From assembly GCF_001194135.2 (NCBI RefSeq), contig NC_069003.1, positions 9,912,793 through 9,976,792 of the forward strand: a stretch of 64,000 nucleotides of DNA, given 5' to 3'. The DNA is from Octopus bimaculoides (lineage: Eukaryota). The notes beneath the pieces are model-generated. The model did no database searches and was not told the DNA's origin. It was given only the letters and a program-made list of their open reading frames with translations. Of this stretch, positions 1 through 11,045 are shown piece by piece (the stretch's first letter is position 1; every line of letters starts with the position of its first letter). Position numbers and translations under genes: made by a program.

Positions 1-572
1 AATGGTTTCAACTACAGTGGAATCCGCTTATTGTAATTACAGACAACGCTGTAATAAATATGAATAAGTACTAAACACGCTCGGGGTATCTTCATGCTGT
101 CTTCTGCCTAATGTTATCAGTCGGTCGTTATTATTATCGTTTAAAAGGCTCCCCCTCTAATTAGATCACAATAAGCGGCTTCTGCTGTATATGAAGAATG
201 TTTTAAGATCTTATTCCACTCATCTCTATGCATTGTTAGTCATCGACCACGCCCCCACTGCTGGCCCCCAAAGGGCCATGATTTTTAAATTTCACAACAG
301 TTACATTTAAAAACCTGTTGCTTGAAATTAGAGCAAGCAAGAAAGGAAAGGAAAGCAAGCAGAGGCCACAAGAAGCAACGTATCATAAGGTGTTGGTAGA
401 ATAATGAAAATACTTATCAGTAGGCGAGAGAGAGACCAAAAAAAATCTATGTAGAAACAGCAGATATTTTCATTAAATTGTTGTCTTTTTTTTTTTTTTT
501 TTTGCAGCTCGTTATGTCTTAGAGTCTGAGCAACATTTTTCAATGAATATTAAGAAAGAGATATGAACAAAC

Positions 573-598
573 CTGACGGTAACTGTAGCTGCCAGCAT
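573..598 (-). CDS. Possible first coding exon (MLAATVTVR) of an unknown gene divergent from UQCRB
   Basis: CCAAGATG start, 26 nt, then AG|GTTTGT donor. No downstream exon found in the window. Confidence 0.3.
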
Positions 599-922
599 CT
601 TGGAAATAGCAGACGATAGTCTGATCCACCTACCGAATCACGTTATCATCATCCACTTGCACTTTACCATGAGTTCTCGTTACAACGAGATTACAAAATT
701 GTTTACTACTTTTTCTTTGTTTTTTTTTTCAATTCCCGAGAAAATTTTCAGAATTTTCTTTAACTTTAATATTTTAAATATTTATTTTAGATATAGGTAT
801 TCGAATTCTAAAAATTATAGAGGATTATTTTTAATTCTTTTTAAAAAAATAAGTTTTTCGTGTTGTGTTATCGAAAGTGATATACCCATGATCCTCTTGC
901 AGAATCCTCTGTCAGAACAACC

Positions 923-950
923 ATGGCCGGACGTCAAGCAATCAAGGAAG
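923..950 (+). CDS. UQCRB: Cytochrome b-c1 complex subunit 7, coding exon 1 (MAGRQAIKE, phase 1)
   Basis: ATG at 923 and GTAAAT donor at 951. Splices in frame to exon 2, and the N-terminus resembles vertebrate UQCRB (MAGKQAV...). Confidence 0.85.
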
Positions 951-2007
951 GTAAATAAATAAATAGTCTTTCTATTTTATTAACTGATTAATTATTTTTT
1001 CATTTAATTTCTAACCTGCAAGAAGTAATACTCCTACTGCTTTTCCCAAAACTTATGTAACAATTAAACACTTTGACCTTCGACTAACATTCATTTACTA
1101 TGTCAACAATGTTATCCAAGGACATTCTCTTATCTCTGATATTTTGGAGGAGAATTTTGTTTATCATCTCACCCGGTCTTCTTTATAATTCCTTTTCCAT
1201 CTAGTATATATGTTAAAGGAACATAAATCGACCTCAGTATATGACTGAATATACTTAATTTTTATTTCTAGTACTCTTTTTGAACAAACACCTCAGCATT
1301 CGTACTTCGTTATTTCGAACCAACGAAGGAATCTCCACGCGGTTTGTTCGATCTGTTTGGAATAGCTTCGAAATTTACTTCGATTTACACGCACCTGTCG
1401 TCTTACGAGTTGATGGATACATTAAACTGTGTGCTCCAAGCCGTATAAAAAACTGAAAAACGTTATGGTCATGGTTGGAAGGTATTTCCTCATAGATCTA
1501 CTCGGTCACGTCCGACCCGAGTTCATTCACCTTCTCTATTTTTACCTATCAGATCCAAATTTGATTCATATCACACACCTGTCGTTTTATGATGAATAAT
1601 TTTGGACTATATGATCCAATTTGTATATAAATTAAAAAGACTGTGCAGTCGTGGTTGGAACGCTTTTGATCAGAAGTCTGTTCTGTGACGTCTGACCTAA
1701 GATTAAACAATTTGTCCTCCCCAGCTTTTTTACCTATCGAAAATCTGTGAAGAAACGACATTGCACATGATAATCTCTAACGTGCTCCTGTCTTCTAAAC
1801 AAAATTAAATTAATTTCTACATCGAATATCTTGGCAACCACTTAAGGTTTTTTTTTTTTTTTTAACTGTTTTCCCCCTCCACCAGTAATTTCTTTGGTAT
1901 TTACTCTGCGTTAAACTTGAAATCTTGAAAAACAAAATGTGTTGTACGTAATTTGTATGTGTATGCAACCACCATTTCCTTTCTCTTTTTTTTTTTTTTA
2001 ACATTAA

Positions 2008-2238
2008 ATTCCGACATAATCGTAATATACACCCCCTGAAAGATATTTGTAGAAATTTTCATGAAAAACTACCCGTTTTCTGAAAGTTAGGAGGAAACAA
2101 AGTCGAAACTCCTCCCCCTTCCCCTCCGAAAAATTTTTGCACAGAAGATTCCATCATAATCGAAATCTACACCTTCTGAAAGATATTTGCAGGAAATTTC
2201 ACTAAAAGTTACCCATTTTTCTGAAAGTTATGAGGAAA
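2008..2238. repeat. Two diverged tandem copies of a ~140-bp unit
   Basis: ATTCC..CATAATCG.AAT.TACACC..CTGAAAGATATTTG...CTGAAAGTTA.GAGGAAA occurs at ~2008 and ~2148. Confidence 0.8.
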
Positions 2239-2289
2239 GTCAGGCAGAGTCACACTGGTTTTTCAGTAGCTACTGTTCATCAGGCTTGG

Positions 2290-2545
2290 CAATCACAGCC
2301 CATGTTTCAGTCATTTAGCATAGCTGTTCGCACTCAGGCATTATAGAATCTGCCTTTCACTCTGAGAGAGAGGCCCTTTGTTGCTAGCAGAGGCACGAGC
2401 TCTCTGAACTTTGTCCAGCCTAATCTTATTCTCACAGCTATGCTCTCTGAACAACCACCTCCACTACTAACTCGGTCACCTAGATGGCAGAAGCTATCTA
2501 CTACCTCTAGCTTGCCCCACTGGCAGTTGAGAGAGAGAAGGGAAA
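2290..2545 (-). mobile_element. LINE (RTE-like) reverse transcriptase C-terminal fragment
   Basis: LEVVDSFCHLGDRVSSGGGCSESIAVRIRLGWTKFRELVPLLATKGLSLRVKGRFYNA is a typical non-LTR RT thumb region. Confidence 0.8.
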
Positions 2546-2684
2546 TTATTTTCAAGTCAGATTTTAGTGTTATACGTTAACCCTGACTAACGATTAATAT
2601 TTTTAATTGAATATAATTTGATATTTTTTCATATATTTTTTTCTATCTCCTGTATATCTGATAATTTGAAAATATTTCTTTTAG

Positions 2685-2747
2685 CTCCAGCCTGGTATAG
2701 AGTTCTCCAGCAATGGTTTTACAATCGGTCTTACTTTAACCAACTTG
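2685..2747 (+). CDS. UQCRB: UQCRB coding exon 2 (APAWYRVLQQWFYNRSYFNQL)
   Basis: TTTTAG acceptor and GTAAGT donor, phase 1 to 1. Matches the W-x-Y-N-x-x-x-F-N-x-L-G motif of the family. Confidence 0.92.
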
Positions 2748-4193
2748 GTAAGTCACTTATTTTCCTATTGGTTTCAGTCATTGAACTGCCTTTGAAGTTT
2801 TTATCAATTAAATCAGGGGTTGGGGAACGTTTTTAACCAATTACTCCAAAATTTATTTATGCTGATGTTATCCCCTTGATTTGAAAGGAAGAAAGTCATA
2901 GATTCTTTGAATTCATAAGGTTTATTGAATCTATTTATATGGAGAATACAATTATAAATAGTATAAAGCAAATATGATGAAATGGAGCCTGGTGCAGCTA
3001 TCTGGTTCGCCAGTCCTCAGTCAAATCGTCCAACCATGCTAGCATGGAAAGCGGACATTAACCCCCTCACTCTTCGCTAACTATCTTTTCTCCGCTCACC
3101 ATTCTTTGTCTTAATAACCCCACCAACCTTCCTCCCCCCCATCCAAAAAAATACACCTAGCTCTTTGACCTTCTTTGCATTAAAATCTGGAATGTAAGAT
3201 CTTTTCTATCCTGATAATGGAGACTTATCTTATCCAGTGTTGATTGTATCCATTATGGCTACATATTATGAAGAACCACATCTACCAACATCATTATGGA
3301 TCTCCAAGCCCCCAGAAACAGCTGTTGGATTTATAACACCTTTAATTTTCTCTGTTGTTTGTACTCTAAGTTGGACCTATTAATACGAATATTTATATAT
3401 ATTTATACTTAAAAACTTATCATCTGAAAGTTTCCACCTCTTGCTTTCTCTTGTTTTGCATGTATACATATATACAAATTTTGTATTTCATACACAAAGT
3501 AATATGTTTAATATACAGAAATAAATTTATTTCTCAAACGCATGATAATGCTATAAATAGCATGATCAGGATAAATTATCCATATTATGCAGAAAAATAC
3601 GTTGCCGGCCAGCCATGAGACTTGAACTCCGAGTTTCATGGCTGGCCGGCAACATATTTTTCTGCATAATATGGATAAATTATCCTTTATCACGCTATTT
3701 ATAAAATTATCACGCATTTGAGAAATAAATTTATTTCTGTATCTTACAATACATCTCAACGCTTCTAAAAAAAAAAATCTTTGTTTACTTTCATCGTAAA
3801 GTTGAATTTAATATATCTAATTTAACTGCATAATTGCCTCGATATCATCTCAACTTGAGCCCTCTTACAACCATTCTTTATTTTGTGGAATCCATCCCCT
3901 GTAAGACATTGGAGTCTAAGTTTGAATCTTTTGAACACTACATAGTGTCTTTTATACTGAGAATCTCCGGATCTCATGTGTAGACTATATATGTGTGTTT
4001 ATATATATATGTGTAAATATATAAGGAGAATTCACAAAAAAACAACAGATGAAGACAGGTGGTGTAGAAAACAAACAGATGTATTAATATAACGCTCGAG
4101 AATTGAAAAAGTTTTTAATGTTTCGAGCCTGCGCCCTTCCACAGAAAGAAACAAGGAGAGAAAAAAATGTGTGTAGTGGTTAGCGATCTATCA

Positions 4194-4233
<40 letters not shown>

Positions 4234-4679
4234 ACCAAATAATTCAGGAGAAAATATTTGCGAAGATGTTATTGACACCTATTATCTAGTGTAACAATTA
4301 AAAATGATAATAACAGAATCAATAATGTAGGTGATTGCAGGCCCAAAAAGGCATTAAATAGCTGAAGGATTAAGATTAATCAAAGGACATATCATGTATG
4401 TCTACCTGCTGGAAATAACAGTCAAAACTCTTATCTAAATCTCTGAAAATACACTGATAATAATTACAGAAATCAACCATCTGAGGGCAAATGGGCTAAG
4501 ACAATCTCTCGGCATACATTCAAGTATTTGGACTCACATGGACCAGTTTCTGGACTGGTTTTATTCTATCGGTCTCATTTTTGCCGAACCACTAAGTTAC
4601 GAGGACGCAAACACACCACCATCGGTTGTCAAGCGATGCTGGGGACACAAACAGACACACACACATACATATATATAAT

Positions 4680-4895
4680 AGGCGAGCTGGCAGAAACGTT
4701 AGCACACCGGGCGAAATGCTTAGCCGTATTTCGTCTGCCACTACGTTCTGAGTTCAAATTCCGCCGAGGTCGACTTTGCCTTTCATCCTTTCGGGGTCGA
4801 TTAAATAAGTACCAGTTACGCACTGGGGACGATATAATCGACTTAATCCGTGTTTGTCTGTCCTTGTTTGTCCCCTCTGTGTGTAGCCCCTTGTG
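4680..4895 (+). mobile_element. SINE family B (GGCGAGCTGGCAGAAACGTTAGC head)
   Basis: tRNA-like head with GAGTTCAAATTCC B box. Copies at ~24895-25140, 28560-28720, 39535-39741(-), 42870-43085(-), 46180-46560(-) and 57285-57482(-). Confidence 0.85.
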
Positions 4896-5464
4896 GGTAG
4901 TAAAGAAATAACACACATACATATATATATATATATATACACATATATACGACGGGCTTCTTCCAGTTTCCTTCTACCAAATCCACTCACAAGGCTTTGG
5001 TCGGCCCGAGGCTATAGTAGAAGACACTTGCCCAAGGTGCCACGCAGTGGGACTGAATCCAGGACCATGTGGTTGGTAAGCAAGCTACTTACCACACAGC
5101 CACTCCTGATAATGAAGCAGAATATTTGGATCAGATATGGCCAGTTTAAATTCTAATGGGTTAAACCAGCCATATCCGACCCAGAATTTTTTTACTTGTT
5201 TTATGTTCAAACTGGCCAGATCTGACCTCTCACACCTACTTAACAATGTCATTGTAAAAATCAACAATCACGTCATTGGAATCTCAAAACTACAGGATAA
5301 TGCATGATTTCTTCAGATCAATGTGAATGAATATGTATTATATTTGACAGAATAATATGAATGCTAAAGGGTTTAGTTAATGTTTAATGTTTAGCAGTAC
5401 ATAAAATGTTCAATTAAAAATATTTGTGTTGCTTAATCAACCTGGATTGTTTCTTCGTCTTTAG

Positions 5465-5631
5465 GTTTAATGCGAGATGATGTGCGACGAGAATGTGAGG
5501 ACGTGAAGGAGGCCATCCAGCGCCTTCCCAAGGAGGTCTACGATGCACGGAACTTTCGTCTTATTCGTGCAATGAATCTTAGTAACAAGAAAATCGTGTT
5601 GCCGAAAGAGGAATGGACACAACTTAAAGAT
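5465..5631 (+). CDS. UQCRB: UQCRB coding exon 3 (GLMRDDVRRECEDVKEAIQRLPKEVYDARNFRLIRAMNLSNKKIVLPKEEWTQLKD)
   Basis: Conserved GLMRDD...EAI.RLP...R.FR..RA..LS...LPKE.WT core, with canonical AG/GT sites. Confidence 0.96.
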
Positions 5632-6148
5632 GTAAGTAATGAAGACATTTCTCTATAAATATATATTTAACAGAATGTGGCAGGTTTGACTGTGTGGTAA
5701 GAAGTTTGCTTCCCAACCACATGATTCTGGGTTCAATCCTACTGAGTGGCACTTTTGGCAGATCTCTTCTTCTATAGCCACAGGCCAACCAAAGCCTTGT
5801 GAGTGAAATTGGTAGATGCAAACTGGAATCAGTTTGTCATGTGTGTATATATATATTTTTAATAATATCAAAGGGAAACAGAAATATTAGGAATTTCTAC
5901 TACCAGTGGCCCAGCATGTAAAAATTTAGTCCAAAGACTATATATTACTCATAAATACAGTGTACATTTAAACACATAAGAGGACTTAAATGTAGGAGTG
6001 GCTGTGTGGTAAGTAGCTTGCTTACCAACCACATGGTTCTGGGTTCAGTCCCACTGCATGGCACCGTGGACAAGTGTCTTCTACTATAGCCTCGGGCCGA
6101 CCAAAGCCTTGTGAGTGGATTTGGTAGATGGAAACTGAAAGAAGCTCG

Positions 6149-6182
<34 letters not shown>

Positions 6183-8071
6183 CAAAGAATATATATACAT
6201 GTATACACACATATATGTACATACTTACATCTACATGTGTATATATATGCATATCAGGGTACAGGACGTTAGAACAATAATACNNNNNNNNNNNNNNNNN
6301 NNNNNNNNNNNNNNNNNNNNNNNNNNNNNNNNNNNNNNNNNNNNNNNNNNNNNNNNNNNNNNNNNNNNNNNNNNNNNNNNNNNNNNNNNNNNNNNNNNNN
6401 NNNNNNNNNNNNNNNNNNNNNNNNNNNNNNNNNNNNNNNNNNNNNNNNNNNNNNNNNNNNNNNNNNNNNNNNNNNNNNNNNNNNNNNNNNNNNNNNNNNN
6501 NNNNNNNNNNNNNNNNNNNNNNNNNNNNNNNNNNNNNNNNNNNNNNNNNNNNNNNNNNNNNNNNNNNNNNNNNNNNNNNNNNNNNNNNNNNNNNNNNNNN
6601 NNNNNNNNNNNNNNNNNNNNNNNNNNNNNNNNNNNNNNNNNNNNNNNNNNNNNNNNNNNNNNNNNNNNNNNNNNNNNNNNNNNNNNNNNNNNNNNNNNNN
6701 NNNNNNNNNNNNNNNNNNNNNNNNNNNNNNNNNNNNNNNNNNNNNNNNNNNNNNNNNNNNNNNNNNNNNNNNNNNNNNNNNNNNNNNNNNNNNNNNNNNN
6801 NNNNNNNNNNNNNNNNNNNNNNNNNNNNNNNNNNNNNNNNNNNNNNNNNNNNNNNNNNNNNNNNNNNNNNNNNNNNNNNNNNNNNNNNNNNNNNNNNNNN
6901 NNNNNNNNNNNNNNNNNNNNNNNNNNNNNNNNNNNNNNNNNNNNNNNNNNNNNNNNNNNNNNNNNNNNNNNNNNNNNNNNNNNNNNNNNNNNNNNNNNNN
7001 NNNNNNNNNGAAGTAGAGGCCAGGACAGAGGTATAGATAGAACGATAGATAAATAGATAGATAGATAGATAGATAGAAAGATAGTCACGTCAGAATAATA
7101 GTAGACTTACTTGCAAAAAAGGACGTGTGCGTTCAATAATGTAATAATACAAAGAATATATATACATGTATACACACATATATGTACATACTTACATCTA
7201 CATGTGTATATATATGCATATCAGGGTACAGGACGTTAGAACAATAATACGTAACTTAGGAGTTTGGCAAAAGAGGCCGATAGAATAAGTACTAGGCTTA
7301 CAAAGAATAAGTCCTGGGGTCGATTTGTTCGACTAAAGCTGGTGCTCCAGCATGGCCACTGTCAAATGACTGAAACGAATAAAAGAATATATATATGTGT
7401 GTGTGTATATATTTATATATATATATATATGTGTGTGTGTATCTATATATTGATAAAACTTACTTGGAAGAGGATGCGTGGTGTTCAATCATATAGTAAT
7501 ATAAATAATATTTATATATTTGCATATGTGGGCACAGGATGTCACGAAATGTGTACAACAAAAAATACGAATTACGAGTACATGGAATATGAACTATTTT
7601 TTCGGACAACAACGAAAAACACAAATGGAAAACAAGACGAACGACCCTTCATCAGTTGTTGGCTGTTTTTCTACTCTCGTATTGTTTTCTCTATTAATCT
7701 GTAATATATATATTGTTGTTAAATGCTTGAAATACGAGAGTTGAAAAACAGCCAACAACTGATGAAGGGTCGTTCTTTGTGTTGTTTGTCTTGTTTTCCA
7801 TTTGTGTCTTTCATTGTTCGAAAAAATAGTTCATATTCCATGTACTTACACTTTTCGTGACATCCTGTGCCCATATGTGTATATATGTGTGTGTGTGTGT
7901 ATATACATGTATGTGTGTGTGTGTATATACATGTGTGTGTGTCTATATATGTGTGTGTATCTTTGTGTGTGTGTATGTATGTATGTGTGTCTATATGTAT
8001 GTGTGTGTGTATATATATATGTATGTGTGTGTATATATATGTATGCGTATATATATGTATGTGGGTATATA

Positions 8072-8112
<41 letters not shown>

Positions 8113-8163
8113 CCATCCATCCTAAGTATTTAAAACTAATTGGCAAGGTTTATTTCTTCACAG

Positions 8164-8241
8164 GATGTCCAGTATTTGAAACCCTATATTGAAGAAGTGA
8201 TTAACGAGAAGAAAGAACGTCAGCAATGGAACAGTAAATAA
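8164..8241 (+). CDS. UQCRB: UQCRB coding exon 4 (DVQYLKPYIEEVINEKKERQQWNSK*)
   Basis: TTCACAG acceptor, YL.PY..EV..E.KER..W motif and TAA stop. AATAAA at 8286-8291. The four exons sum to 336 nt, i.e. 111 aa plus stop. Confidence 0.95.
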   Translation, partial: DVQYLKPYIEEVINEKKERQQWNSK

Positions 8242-9536
8242 TGGTATCAACTTCTAGCTACTGAATATTTAGGAAAATTGTACAGAATAAAGTAATACTA
8301 ACTATTATTTCCTGTATTTGTTTCTTTTTCGTTTTTATTATATATTTTTTTTGTGTGGGTTTAGCCCCAGGCCAACCCAGATTGAGTTCATCTCATCAGC
8401 TTCGTTTAACTTTCATTTTATGATTGCATGAGTCTGGCAGGAATTGTTGTGACAGATTTTCTATAGCTGGATGCCTTTCCTGTCACCAACACTCCTGTTT
8501 CCAAGCAAGGTAATATTTTCCATGGCAGACTGGAAATGAACAACAATGCTTATATGCCAGTCATGCTTACTCTTTTACTTACTTCAGTCATTTGACTGCA
8601 GCCATGCTGGAGCATCACCTTTAGTTGAACAAATCGACCTCAGGACTTATTCTTCGTAAGCCTAGTACTAATTCTATCAGTCTCTTTTGCCGAACCGCTA
8701 AGTTTCAGGGACGTAAACACACCAACATCAGTTGTCAGGTTGTCAAGCGATGGTGGAGAGACAAACAAATACATACATACATATATATGTATATATACAA
8801 CGGGCTTCTTTCAGTTTCCGTCTACCAAATCCACTCACAAGGCTTTGATCAGTCTGAGGCTATAGTAGAAGACACTTACCCAAGGTGCCATGCAGTGGGA
8901 CTGAACTTGGTGATGTTTGTTGACAACTGTTACCATCAAATCATCCCATAGCTCTACACTTTTGAAAAGAATAATAATAATAATAATATTCATTGAAGAA
9001 TAAACCAAAATGAAATATGCAAGTGTGACATGGTCCACTAACCCATAAAGAAGCCAGTAATTCTGAATAAGAACTGACTTAAATCGTGCCCCTCCCCCTT
9101 TATTTTTTGCTATAGCCAGGTTCCAACCCAGGCTGCGGCAACAAAAGTCCACCCACAACATCACTGCCTCAAGGTCATGGATATGTTCTAGGCCAGTGTC
9201 TTGGGTTCCACAAGTCTAATTTTTGGTTAGAGAAAAAGTGAAAAGAAATCTTTCATAACTGAAACTTCAGAAGTTAAAATTTGCTGTAACATAATTCTTA
9301 AAAACTAAGATCTCTTGTAACTTAATTCTCGATAACTAAGATCTTTTATACTAAAAGTTTTTAAAGATTTATTGTAACCCAAGCTAATATTTGTTATATA
9401 AACCATAAAATATCTCTCTTAACTACAGTCTCAAAAGTTAATACATACTTAAATATTTAAAATTGGTAGTATAAACCTCAAAGGCTGACATCTATTGTCA
9501 CATAACTTCAAAAGCTAAGTTCTGCCTGAAGATTAA

Positions 9537-9738
9537 CCCTTTATCAGTCAGATACAATGCTTATTTATTGTTTTGTATCAATTGTGCATTATCTTGTAGC
9601 CTTGAGTTTACAAATTCTGTGATTGTTTATTTTTAGAATGTCATTGTAGGATAGATGTGAGAAGTTAGATCTGACCTGTTTGAACATAAAGCAGGTAGAG
9701 TATTTTGACCAGATATGGCCAGTTTAAATGCTAAAGGG
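9537..9738. mobile_element. piggyBac-type MITE
   Basis: TTAA|CCCTTT...AAAGGG|TTAA ends. Related copies at 14401-14620, ~5160-5375, ~28392-28555 and ~43770-43875. Confidence 0.75.
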
Positions 9739-9903
9739 TTAAATACTAAAAGCTAAGATCTTTTGTAATCCTAAAGCTTACCTCTAAGGGCATCAGGCTG
9801 AAGAAAATCTGCCTCAGTGAATTTTGACCAGCTTATATAAGCATGGAAAAGTGGACGTTAATTATGAAGTTGATGACTATGTGTGTGTATGTATATGCAT
9901 ATA

Positions 9904-9951
<48 letters not shown>

Positions 9952-9955
<4 letters not shown>

Positions 9956-10329
9956 CGCAGGAGTAGCTGTGTGGTAAGTAGCTTGCTTACCAACCACATG
10001 GTTCCGGGTTCATTCACACTGCGTAGCACCTTGGGCAAGTGTCTTCGACTATAGCCTCGGGCCGACCAAAGCCTTGTGAGTGGATTTGGTAGACGGAAAC
10101 TGAAAGAAGCCCGTCGTATATATATGTATGTATGTGTGTATATGTTTGTGTGTCTGTCGCTTGACAACCGATGGTGGTGTGCTTAGGTCCCCGTAACTTA
10201 GCGGTTCGGCAAAAGAGACCGATAGAATAAGTACTAGGCATCCAAAGAATAAGTCCTGGGGTCGATTTGCTCGACTAAAGGCGGTGCTCCAGCATGGCCA
10301 CAGTCAAATGACTGAAACAAGTAAAAGAG
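9952..10329 (+). mobile_element. tRNA-derived SINE family A, near-full copy
   Basis: A box GTAGCTGTGTGG, B-box-like GGTTCATTC, internal (TA)/(TG) tract and AAACAAGTAAAAGAG tail. About 20 copies in the window, e.g. 4945-5107(-), 5991-6150(+), 8570-8905(-), 15630-15990(+), 27540-27945(+), 31630-32015(-), 37415-37785(+), 47570-48040(-), 54993-55410(+), 57490-57720(-). Confidence 0.9.
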
Positions 10330-10659
10330 TATATATATGATGGACTCTCCCATTAAAGACAATGTATGAGTATTCAGCTTTTGCCGAACGACCTGTACAG
10401 ATGATTCGTTTATAGTGATCAAATGTTCGTGCTCACTCCACTCTCCATCAAATCGACGTCATCTGAACAAGTGTACTGTGTGCTACACATCAAGTGTTGG
10501 AGTGACTGCAGAGCAACATGAGATGAAGTGTTTTGCTGAAAAACACAACATACCACTTGATCTAGAAATTGAAACCATGATTTCATGAGCGTGAGTCAAC
10601 TTCCCTAACCACTAGGTCATGCACTGTTTTATATGCACAGACGTTCAGGAAGTAAATAG

Positions 10660-11045
10660 ACACCTTTAATTTTCAAGATCTTTTATTTGATATTAATTGG
10701 TTGAAGGAGAGGTTTTCTTCTAGTTGCTCGTCCATAATACCCAAGCTTATGCAGATATGTAACACACGTTCTTGGACAGACTTCTACCTGTTTTGCAATG
10801 TCAGAAGCCTTCAAATAGGGTTCATTTTCCACAATTCTCTTCAAACAGCGAAGCTTCCTTTCCAAGGGCCCAGGTTGGCCAGACAAGAATCTACTGATTC
10901 TTTCCCTTGGCTTTTGAATTGCACTATAATTCTTTTAACAGTACCAAGAGGAATTTGAAGATTTTTGGCAATTTTTTCCTGGCTAAGACTAGCCTCAGCT
11001 TGCCCAACAATACAACCTCTTTGAAAATCTGACAGTTCTGCTGAA
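10660..11045 (-). pseudogene. Tc1-like transposase N-terminal (HTH) fragment
   Basis: AELSDFQRGCIVG...SQEKIAKNLQIPLGTVKRII, then frameshifted LHKLGYYGRATRRKPLL. Confidence 0.8.

Noticed and set aside
2255-2290. Minus-strand CUGAUGA followed by palindromic CAGUAGCUACUG
   Set aside because: It lies in a decayed LINE coding fragment and lacks a correctly placed GAAA and helices I/III.
6199-7088. Long ORFs of 200-360 aa spanning N runs (also at 11239, 20281, 39518, 48923, 50120, 53200)
   Set aside because: These are artefacts of reading through assembly gaps and (TA)n tracts.
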